Positions 15,233-22,713 of a stretch of DNA of 34,367 bases are shown here, piece after piece. Position numbers and translations under genes: made by a program. Every line of letters starts with the position of its first letter. The first letter of the stretch is position 1. The stretch comes from Actinomycetes bacterium. Its GTDB lineage: Bacteria; Actinomycetota; Actinomycetes; JACCUZ01. The DNA lies in the NCBI GenBank assembly GCA_050742955.1, contig JBOGDY010000002.1, forward strand, positions 1-34,367, written 5' to 3'. A model generated the notes under the pieces. That model ran no database searches, had not been told where the DNA came from, and saw nothing but the letters and a program-made list of their open reading frames with translations.

Positions 15233-16366
15233 ATGGCATCCGTGGCGATGCCCCTGCTGGCGTTGCGCAGTGGCTACTCGGGCATAGACGTCGGGCTGCT
15301 CACCGCGGCCTCCGCCCTCGCGCAGATGGCGACCCGCCTCGTGCTGGGCCGAGCGATGCGACTCGTGGGCGACTGGGTTCTGGTGGTGGTGGCGGCTGCA
15401 CTCCTGACCGGCTCCAACGGCCTGCTCGCCACTACCGCCGCAGTGGTGCCGTTCACCGTGGCGGCGATCCTCCAGGGTGTGGCGCGTGCCTGCTTCTGGA
15501 CCGGGAGCCAGACGCATGTCGTGCGCGGGGAGGGCACCGCGGTGAGCGCCCTCGCCCAGGTCAACTTCATCTCCAGCATCGGCCTGCTGGCCGGACCGGC
15601 GGTCGCGGGACTGCTGGCCGAGGCGTCCGTCCAGGTGGCGCTGTCGGTGGCCGCCGTCGCCTCGCTGGTCGCCGTCGCCCCGGCGCTGCTGCTCGACCGG
15701 CTCCCGCCGTTCCAGCCTCCGGCGGAGCGGCCTCCGGGCATGCTCTGGCGGCGCCCCGGCGTCTCGACCGGATGCTGGGTCGGCGCCAGCGCCGGCGCGT
15801 GGCGCGGGCTGGTGAGCTCGTACGTGCCCGTGGCACTGGAGACCGCGCGACAGCCCGGGACGACGACAGGAGCCCTCGTCTCGGTCGCCAACGCGGCGTC
15901 GATGGTCGGTGCGATCGTCGTCGCGAGGGTCCACGGCCCATGGGTACGCCGGTCCCTCGTGCTCGGCTGCCTGCTGGCCGGCCTGGCCTTCTGCGTCTTC
16001 GTCCCGCTGGCGGGGGTGGCGTGGGCGGCCGGCCTGGCTCTGGCCGCGTCAGGACTCGGCGCCGGTGCGCTGCAGTCCGTCGGACCCGCCGTGGCCACCG
16101 AAGCCGTCCATCGCGAGGAGCGGGGTGAGGCGATCGCGGCCGCCGGGACCTTCCGTGCGACCGCGCTCTTCGGCGCACCGCTCGTGGTCGCCTCGGCTCT
16201 CACGGTGATGCCCCTCGCTGCGGCCATGGCGATCGTGGGCGTCCTCATCGCCGCGCCGTCCGTTGCCTCGTCCCGTCGTTCGCTGGGCCATGTCACGGAC
16301 GGTGACGCAGCCGTGAGGGACCCGGCACCCACGGCGGTCCACGGTCAGGGCGGAGAACCCTCGTGA
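15233..16366 (+). CDS. MFS transporter (5-prime end uncertain, may begin upstream at about 15155)
   Basis: Multi-TM Ala/Leu/Gly-rich protein with an MFS loop motif LGRAMRLVGD. The first ATG leaves TM1 truncated. The in-frame upstream codons encode DVLAAAGGACVFSFSLG. Confidence 0.72.
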   Translation: MASVAMPLLALRSGYSGIDVGLLTAASALAQMATRLVLGRAMRLVGDWVLVVVAAALLTGSNGLLATTAAVVPFTVAAILQGVARACFWTGSQTHVVRGEGTAVSALAQVNFISSIGLLAGPAVAGLLAEASVQVALSVAAVASLVAVAPALLLDRLPPFQPPAERPPGMLWRRPGVSTGCWVGASAGAWRGLVSSYVPVALETARQPGTTTGALVSVANAASMVGAIVVARVHGPWVRRSLVLGCLLAGLAFCVFVPLAGVAWAAGLALAASGLGAGALQSVGPAVATEAVHREERGEAIAAAGTFRATALFGAPLVVASALTVMPLAAAMAIVGVLIAAPSVASSRRSLGHVTDGDAAVRDPAPTAVHGQGGEPS

Positions 16367-16854
16367 GGCGGTCGCTCGGCTCCACCTCCACCCGCACCTT
16401 CGCGGTCTGGCCCGCGGCACTCGCCCTGGAGCAGGCGTTCACCCGTCGCCGTCCCCACCTGTCGGGCCTCCCGCTGCTCGCCTCCGGATATGCCCTCTAC
16501 CGACTGGCCGGGGCCCACCGGCTGCCGCGGGCCGGCGGCCCACCGGGCATGACCGGGATGCCGGGGCGGCTGGTCGAGGACGGTCCGTACCGGCTCAGTC
16601 GGAACCCGATGTACACCGGCCACCTGGTCTTCCTGGCCGGCCTCGTGGTCACCACCCGCTCGCCCTGGTCGGCCGGCCTCCTGGCGGCCCACGTGCCGTG
16701 GTTCCGCGCACGGGTGCGACGCGACGAGCAGCGGCTGCGGGAGCGGTTCGGCCCGGCGTACGACCACTACTGCGTGCAGGTGCCGCGGTGGCTCCCCGGA
16801 CCTGTCCGCTTCGCCGCACTTGTGCGGCGGCCCGGCACCTGGCAAAGTGCCTAA
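16363..16854 (+). CDS. ICMT/PEMT-family membrane methyltransferase-like protein
   Basis: 163 aa. GPYRLSRNPMYTGHLVFLAG and RDEQRLRERFGPAYDHYCVQVPRW are typical of the isoprenylcysteine carboxyl / phospholipid methyltransferase family. GTGA overlap with the MFS stop. Confidence 0.68.
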   Translation: MRRSLGSTSTRTFAVWPAALALEQAFTRRRPHLSGLPLLASGYALYRLAGAHRLPRAGGPPGMTGMPGRLVEDGPYRLSRNPMYTGHLVFLAGLVVTTRSPWSAGLLAAHVPWFRARVRRDEQRLRERFGPAYDHYCVQVPRWLPGPVRFAALVRRPGTWQSA

Positions 16855-16868
16855 TGGTCAGTCCATTG
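16852..16868. promoter_or_regulatory. palindromic box TAATGGTCAGTCCATTG abutting the RBS of the bicupin-AAA-ThDP operon
   Basis: AATGG-N5-CCATT has the same arm spacing as the 17-bp dyad family. It overlaps the ICMT stop codon and ends at the SD GGAGGA (16868-16873) of GTG 16877. Confidence 0.4.
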
Positions 16869-16876
16869 GAGGATTC

Positions 16877-17944
16877 GTGAGCACCCGCACCACGACCAAC
16901 GTGACGCACTACCACGTCCAGAAGGGCCGACGCGCGAAGTTCATCGAGGACTGGCGGTCGAACCACCGGGACATCGTGGCCGTCGAGGACGTCGTGATGC
17001 GCGACACGGCTCGGGGCAGCCGCATAGGGGTCTACTGCGGCACCGACGGCGACCGGCCGACCCGCACGATGGACGCCCTCGCCCACGAGTTCGAGCCGGG
17101 CAGCCGCACGACGGTGCACCGGCACTCATGGGACGCGATGGTGTTCGTGGTCGCCGGCTGGGGCTGGACGGAGATCGACGGAGAGCGCGTCGACTGGGGG
17201 CCGGGTGACTCGCTGCACCTGCCGGCGTGGGCCTGGCACCGCTCGGGCAACGACGGCACGACGACGGCCCGCTACCTGACCTTCTCCAGCGAGCCGATGC
17301 TCGACACGATGGGGATGTCCGTCCTCGAGGAGGCGGGCGACACCGAGGTGGCCGAGCTGCCTGCACGGCCGGCGTTCACGTCCGAGCTGCCGGGTGACGA
17401 GCCCTACGCGCGCCGGGTCCGGCGTCTGGGCCGGGAGCAGACAGCGCGCCGCAACGGCCGACTCCACACGTCCTGGGACGACCTCGAGCTGCTCAACACC
17501 CCACGCGGGACACGCACCACCTTCCTGCTCGACCGGGCGATCGGCTACCAGGCATCCGGCATCACCATGGCGATGTTCGAGATCGGTCCCGGGCGTGCGC
17601 AGTCGATGCATCGCCACCCTGGCGAAGCCTGGCTCTATGTCGTGGAGGGCAGCGGTCACAGCTATGTCGGCACCGAGCCCGAGGGTGGGAAGAACCATCC
17701 GTGGAAGAAGGGCGACCTGATCGTCGTCGACCACTTCCTGTGGCATCAGCACTTCAACGACGACCCCGACAGGACCGCCAAGGTGGTCCGGATCCACATG
17801 TTCGACAGCCTTCTGGAGACGATGCGCGTCCTGACCGACCCGCTGGTGCTCTTCGAGGAGCCCCCGGAGCACATCAGGGACCGGCAGGCAGGCGACCCCT
17901 CCACCATCGACTGGCCCGCCCTCGAGCGGCCCACCTGGCCCTGA
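16877..17944 (+). CDS. gentisate 1,2-dioxygenase-family bicupin (ring-cleaving dioxygenase, substrate unknown)
   Basis: 355 aa from GTG 16877. Both cupin domains are intact: VHRHSWDAMVFVVAGWG...LPAWAWHRSGN and MHRHPGEAWLYVVEGSG...FLWHQHFN, which are GDO-like HRH...WH.H.N motifs. Confidence 0.8.
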   Translation: MSTRTTTNVTHYHVQKGRRAKFIEDWRSNHRDIVAVEDVVMRDTARGSRIGVYCGTDGDRPTRTMDALAHEFEPGSRTTVHRHSWDAMVFVVAGWGWTEIDGERVDWGPGDSLHLPAWAWHRSGNDGTTTARYLTFSSEPMLDTMGMSVLEEAGDTEVAELPARPAFTSELPGDEPYARRVRRLGREQTARRNGRLHTSWDDLELLNTPRGTRTTFLLDRAIGYQASGITMAMFEIGPGRAQSMHRHPGEAWLYVVEGSGHSYVGTEPEGGKNHPWKKGDLIVVDHFLWHQHFNDDPDRTAKVVRIHMFDSLLETMRVLTDPLVLFEEPPEHIRDRQAGDPSTIDWPALERPTWP

Positions 17945-17952
17945 CCACCGCA

Positions 17953-18846
17953 GTGGACACCGCCCGGCTGCCTCCCGGCGTGGGGGGACTGCACGTCCTT
18001 CCCGCCGACCACCACGACGGTCCGTGGGACAGCATCATCGTCCCTGCGGGCACCAAGCAGCGGCTGTTGGGGGCTGCCCTGCTGGTGCTGCGGCACGGCC
18101 GTGCCCTCTCCCAGCTGGCCGGGCCGCCGCACGGCCTGGTCGTCCTCGCCGGCCCGCCCGGGACGGGCAAGACCACGCTCTGCCAGGGGCTCGCGCAGGT
18201 GGCCGCCCGGACAGTGGCGCACAAGGGTGCGACGACGTTCGTGGAGATCGACCCGCACGCGTTCCCCAGCGAGATGCTCGGCGAGAGCCAACGCGCCGTC
18301 CGCCGACTCTTCACCGAGACGCTGCCCGAGCTGGCAGCGCGCCGACCGCACACCGTCGTCCTCGTGGACGAGATCGAGGCCCTCGCGGTGCGTCGCAGGA
18401 CCGCCTCCTTCGAGACCAACCCGGTCGACGTGCACCGGGCGACCGACGCGCTGCTGGCCGGTCTGGACCTGTTGCGAGCCTCGAGCCCGAACGTCCTGCT
18501 GCTCGCCACCACGAACTTCGTCGCGGCGGTCGACGAGGCGTTCCTGTCGCGCACCGACCTGGTGCTCACCCTCGACCTGCCGGACGAACAGGCGCTGACA
18601 GCCATCTTCGCGGCGACCCTGCGCGAGCTCGCTGTCCTCTGGCCGGACCTGCGCGAGCTGGCGCTGGACGACTCGCTGCACGCCAAGCTGGCCGCCACCT
18701 GTGTGGGTCTGGACGGTCGCCGCGCGCGCAAGGTGGCTCTGGCCGCGCTGGCGCGCGAGCCACGACTGGCCCAGGACCCGACCCAGCTCAGCGGGGACGA
18801 CCTCCTCGCCGCCGCCGAGGACATGGCGGCGGAGGACCGTCCATGA
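17953..18846 (+). CDS. AAA+ ATPase, Pch2/TRIP13-like core without an N-terminal domain
   Basis: Walker A GPPGTGKT (18151-18174) and Walker B VVLVDEIE (18355-18378). Blocks FVEIDPHAFPSEMLGESQRAVRRLF, NVLLLATTNFVAAVDEAFLSRTDLVLTLDLPD and GLDGRRARKV are present. The start is uncertain (GTG 17953 or 17980, or CTG 17941). ATGA overlap with the next gene. Confidence 0.85.
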   Translation: MDTARLPPGVGGLHVLPADHHDGPWDSIIVPAGTKQRLLGAALLVLRHGRALSQLAGPPHGLVVLAGPPGTGKTTLCQGLAQVAARTVAHKGATTFVEIDPHAFPSEMLGESQRAVRRLFTETLPELAARRPHTVVLVDEIEALAVRRRTASFETNPVDVHRATDALLAGLDLLRASSPNVLLLATTNFVAAVDEAFLSRTDLVLTLDLPDEQALTAIFAATLRELAVLWPDLRELALDDSLHAKLAATCVGLDGRRARKVALAALAREPRLAQDPTQLSGDDLLAAAEDMAAEDRP

Positions 18847-20609
18847 CGGCCGTCGAGGCCGTGGTGCCTGTGCCCCCGGAGTCGTCCGCCGGCTGGGGCA
18901 GCGACCTCGTCGTGGACCTGCTCCGCGACCTCGACGTCCCGTACCTGCCGATGAACCCAGGCTCGTCGTTCCGCGGGCTGCACGACTCGGTGGTCAACCA
19001 CGGCGGCAACCGATGCCCGCAGCTGCTGCTCTGCCTCCATGAGGAGATCGCGGTCTCGCTGGCGCACGGCTGGGCGAAGGCCACCGGCCGTCTCGGCCTC
19101 GCCGCGGTCCACGACCTGGTCGGGCTCATGCACGCGTCCATGGCGGTCTACAACGCCTACTGCGACCGCACTCCCCTCCTGCTCCTGGGCGGGAGCGGGC
19201 CGGTGGACCCGGCGCTGCGCCGTCCGGTGGACTGGACCCACTCCGCCACCACCCAGGCCGAGCTGGTCCGCGACTACGTGGTGTGGGACGGGGAGCCCGC
19301 GACGCCACAGGCGGCGGTCGCGGACCTGGTCCGGGCCCGGCAGAGGGCGATGTCTGCCCCGCGCGGCCCGGCGTACGTCTCCCTGGACGCGGGCCTGCAG
19401 GAGTGCCGGCTCGACGTGCCGGTGCGGCTGCCCCCGGTACACCGTTTCGCACCCGCACCACCGATGGCCCCGAACCCGCAGTCGCTCGACGACGCGGTCA
19501 CCGTCCTGGCATCGGCCGAGCGGGTGGTGGTCGTCGCGGGTCGGGTCGGACTGGGCCCCATGGTGACGGAGCCGTTGGCCGCGGTGGTCGAGACGCTCGG
19601 TGCGGCCTACATGGACGAGCGGAACTGGTCGGTGCTGCCGACCAGGCACCCGCAGAACTGTTCCGGGGACGCCGACCTGCTCGCGGAGGCCGACGTCGTG
19701 CTCGCCGTCGACGTGGTCGACCTGCCGGCGCTGCTACAGCCCAGGAGCCGCAGGCGAGCGCAGGCGCAGCACGACCCGGCCCCGTCGCCCACCGTCGTCG
19801 ACCTCTCGTACGGCGACCTCGGGCTGCGCTCCTGGACCAACGCACACGGCGCGCCGACGCCCCGCGACATCGCGCTCCTCGCGGATCCGGTCGTCGGTCT
19901 CCGCATGCTGGCTGACCTGCTCGCGGACGCCGTGGACCCGACGCGGGCGCAGGCCCGCCGCCGCGCCGTGACCGCCCGGGCGAGTGCCCTGCGGGTCAGT
20001 CAGCGCGCCGCGGTCGATGCCCGGTGGGCCGACCGGCCGATCGCGCCCGCGCGGCTGGTCGCGGAGACCTGGAACGCCGTACGGGAGGTCCCCCACCTGC
20101 TGTGCCTGCGCAACACCCGCACCTGGCCGGAAGGCGTGTGGGAGCTCCCCGGCGCCGGCGGCTACCTGGGGCACTCCGGTGGCGGAGGGGTCGGCTACGG
20201 GCCGGGCGCCCTGGTCGGCGGCGCCCTCGCGGCCCGGGACAGAGGTCAGCTCGGTGTGGGCATCATCGGCGACGGTGACCTGCTCATGGCGGCCGGAGCA
20301 CTGTGGACCGCCGTGCACTACCGCGTGCCCGCCCTGGTGGTGGTGAACGACAACGGCTCGTTCTACAACGACGAACCGCACCAGGCGGCAGTGGCCCGCG
20401 AGCGGGGTCGGCCGGTGGACAACAGCTGGATCGGCATGCGCATCGCGGACCCGCCGGTGGACATCGCGGCCCTGGCCCGCGGTTACGGCTGCTGGGCGGA
20501 GGGCACGGTCGACGACCCGGACGACCTTGCGGCAGCACTTGCCCGCGCCACGGCCGCGGCCGTGCAGGGCGCGACGGCAGTGGTGCACGTCCGGACGGCG
20601 CCGCAGTGA
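18843..20609 (+). CDS. thiamine-diphosphate-dependent enzyme (acetolactate-synthase-like three-domain fold), paralog 1
   Basis: 588 aa. Cofactor-activating Glu in CLHEEIAV. ThDP motif GDGD(20268-20279)-x26-NDN. Divergent N-domain (NPGSSFRGLHDS, HDLVGLMHAS in place of TSGPGATN). Confidence 0.85.
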   Translation: MTAVEAVVPVPPESSAGWGSDLVVDLLRDLDVPYLPMNPGSSFRGLHDSVVNHGGNRCPQLLLCLHEEIAVSLAHGWAKATGRLGLAAVHDLVGLMHASMAVYNAYCDRTPLLLLGGSGPVDPALRRPVDWTHSATTQAELVRDYVVWDGEPATPQAAVADLVRARQRAMSAPRGPAYVSLDAGLQECRLDVPVRLPPVHRFAPAPPMAPNPQSLDDAVTVLASAERVVVVAGRVGLGPMVTEPLAAVVETLGAAYMDERNWSVLPTRHPQNCSGDADLLAEADVVLAVDVVDLPALLQPRSRRRAQAQHDPAPSPTVVDLSYGDLGLRSWTNAHGAPTPRDIALLADPVVGLRMLADLLADAVDPTRAQARRRAVTARASALRVSQRAAVDARWADRPIAPARLVAETWNAVREVPHLLCLRNTRTWPEGVWELPGAGGYLGHSGGGGVGYGPGALVGGALAARDRGQLGVGIIGDGDLLMAAGALWTAVHYRVPALVVVNDNGSFYNDEPHQAAVARERGRPVDNSWIGMRIADPPVDIAALARGYGCWAEGTVDDPDDLAAALARATAAAVQGATAVVHVRTAPQ

Positions 20610-22081
20610 GCGCCCGGACCGAGGTGGCGGCCACGGCCCCCGAGGCCCCGGACCGGTTGATGTACGTCGGCGGCAGATGGGAGCCGGCCGCGGACGGCGC
20701 TCGGGTCCAGTCGGTCGACCCCGCGACCGAGGCCGTCATCGCGACGGTCCCCGAGGCCGGGCCGACGGACGTCGACCGGGCTGTCGGGGCGGCCACCGCG
20801 GCCGCTCCGAGCTGGTGCGACCTCGGCTGGGCGGCCCGGGCGGCGATGCTGCGGCAGCTGGCGGGTCGGATCGAGGAGCATGCCGAGGACCTGGCCCGGC
20901 TGGACGTCCGCGACGGCGGCGCGCCCCTGACGGGCATGCGGGCTGACGTGCACAGCGCGGTCGGTGAGATCCACTACTACGCGGGCATCGCTCCGCAGAC
21001 GGGCGGCAGCACCGGGCCGGTGAGTCCCGAGAGCCTGTCCTACACGCAGCGGGAGCCCTACGGCGTCGTGGGCCGGATCATTCCGTTCAACCACCCGTTC
21101 AAGTTCGCCGCGGCGAAGGTCGCCGCACCCCTTGCCGCCGGCAACGCCGTGGTGCTCAAGCCCGGTGAGCAGACGAGCCTGTCCGCTCTCGAGCTGGCCC
21201 GCCTGGCGCACGACGTCCTGCCCGCCGGCGTGCTCAACGTCGTGACCGGTCGCGGTCCCACGACGGGTGCCGCTCTGGTGTCGCACCCGGGGGTGCCCCG
21301 CATCGCCTTCACCGGCTCGGTCCCCTCCGGCCGCGCCGTCCTGCACGCCGCCGCCGACGAGATCAAGCACGTCTCCCTCGAGCTGGGCGGGAAGAACCCG
21401 ATCATCGTCTTCCCCGACGTCGATGTCGCACGGGCGGCCGGAGCCGCGGTCGCGGCGATGAACATCGCCCGGTGCACGGGACAGTCGTGCGGCTCCACCT
21501 CCCGGCTCTACGTGCATGACGAGGTCTACGACGCCTTCCTGGCCGCGCTCCAGGCCCGGCTCGCCGAGCTGCGCATCGGTGACCCGATGGACGAGCAGAC
21601 GCAGGTCGGCCCACTGGCCTTCGCCGACCACCACCGGCGCGTGACGGGGCACGTGGAGACCGCCCGGGCCGAGGGTGCGACGGTGCTGTACGGAGGCGGG
21701 CGTCCCGCCGGCCTCCCCCGCGGCTTCTACCTCGAGCCCACCGTGCTGACCGACCTCACCGATGACATGACGGTGGTGCGGGAGGAGGTCTTCGGGCCGG
21801 TCATGTCGGTGCTGCGGTGGCGGGACGTGGACGACGTCGTACGCCGGGCCAACGACACGCCGCTCGGGCTCACAGCCAATGTCTGGACCCGCGACCTGTC
21901 GACCGCCCATCGGGTGACGCGCTCGCTGCAGGCCGGCTACGTCTCCGTGAACGGCAGCGGTCGGCGACCGCTCGGCATGCCCTTCGGCGGTTGGAAGCAC
22001 AGTGGTCTCGGCCAGGAGAACGCACTGGCGGAGCTCCAGTCCTACACCAGGGAGAAGTCGGTGACGGTGACCTTGTGGTGA
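20606..22081 (+). CDS. NAD(P)+-dependent aldehyde dehydrogenase
   Basis: 491 aa. ELGGKNP, catalytic Cys in GQSCGSTSR, FTGSVPSGR, and EEVFGPV. GTGA overlaps at both ends. Confidence 0.95.
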   Translation: MSARTEVAATAPEAPDRLMYVGGRWEPAADGARVQSVDPATEAVIATVPEAGPTDVDRAVGAATAAAPSWCDLGWAARAAMLRQLAGRIEEHAEDLARLDVRDGGAPLTGMRADVHSAVGEIHYYAGIAPQTGGSTGPVSPESLSYTQREPYGVVGRIIPFNHPFKFAAAKVAAPLAAGNAVVLKPGEQTSLSALELARLAHDVLPAGVLNVVTGRGPTTGAALVSHPGVPRIAFTGSVPSGRAVLHAAADEIKHVSLELGGKNPIIVFPDVDVARAAGAAVAAMNIARCTGQSCGSTSRLYVHDEVYDAFLAALQARLAELRIGDPMDEQTQVGPLAFADHHRRVTGHVETARAEGATVLYGGGRPAGLPRGFYLEPTVLTDLTDDMTVVREEVFGPVMSVLRWRDVDDVVRRANDTPLGLTANVWTRDLSTAHRVTRSLQAGYVSVNGSGRRPLGMPFGGWKHSGLGQENALAELQSYTREKSVTVTLW

Positions 22082-22713
22082 ACGATGACCCGGCCGCGCA
22101 CGAGGAGCTCCTGGACGCCGACCGCAGCGTGCTCGTGGTGTTCGACATGCTGGAGTGCTACCGGCAGGCGGCCGAGGAGGCTGGCGCCGTCCCTGCGGTT
22201 CAGCGGTTGATCGAGGGCTGCCGACGACACGGGGTCCCGGTCGCGTGGGCCAGGGCCGACCACAGAGCCGACGGTCGTGACTTCGCCCGGACGCTGGCGG
22301 ACGTGGACAACCGGCACCGGCCCTTCGGACCGGACAACCCCCGGCCGACCGGTCCACCGCACGGCTCGGGGTCGCCGCAGTACCGCTCATTGGTCGAGCT
22401 GGGGCAGCGGGACGACGACTACGACGTGCCCAAGCACCGCTGGTCGGCGTTCCACGGCACCCACCTGGACACGTCTCTGCGTGCGCGTGGCATCGACACC
22501 GTGCTGCTGGTGGGCGGCTCCACTCACGTGGGCGTCGCCTCCACCGCCTATGCAGCCCGCGACCTCGACTACCAGGTCGTCGTCGTGTCCGACGGGCTGA
22601 CGGGCCGGCAGCCCCAGCGCGACTTCTTCGTGCAGCAGGTGCTGCCACGGGTCGGCCGCGTCCGCACCGCCGACCAGGTGCTAGCGGCCATGGACAAGGA
22701 AGGTCATCGATGA
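22078..22713 (+). CDS. isochorismatase-family hydrolase lacking the catalytic Cys (EntB/PhzD-like variant)
   Basis: 211 aa. Asp in LVVFDM and Lys in PKHRWSAFHGT are retained. The Cys position reads GGSTHVGVAST (Gly codon at 22531-22533), compare EntB AHIGC. Confidence 0.78.
   Translation: MNDDPAAHEELLDADRSVLVVFDMLECYRQAAEEAGAVPAVQRLIEGCRRHGVPVAWARADHRADGRDFARTLADVDNRHRPFGPDNPRPTGPPHGSGSPQYRSLVELGQRDDDYDVPKHRWSAFHGTHLDTSLRARGIDTVLLVGGSTHVGVASTAYAARDLDYQVVVVSDGLTGRQPQRDFFVQQVLPRVGRVRTADQVLAAMDKEGHR

Noticed and set aside
17953-18846. The TRIP13/Pch2-like AAA+ as a marker of a CBASS type III anti-phage system.
   Set aside because: No CD-NTase, HORMA-sized protein, nuclease/effector or any other defence gene is present. 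The gene is translationally coupled to metabolic enzymes on both sides.
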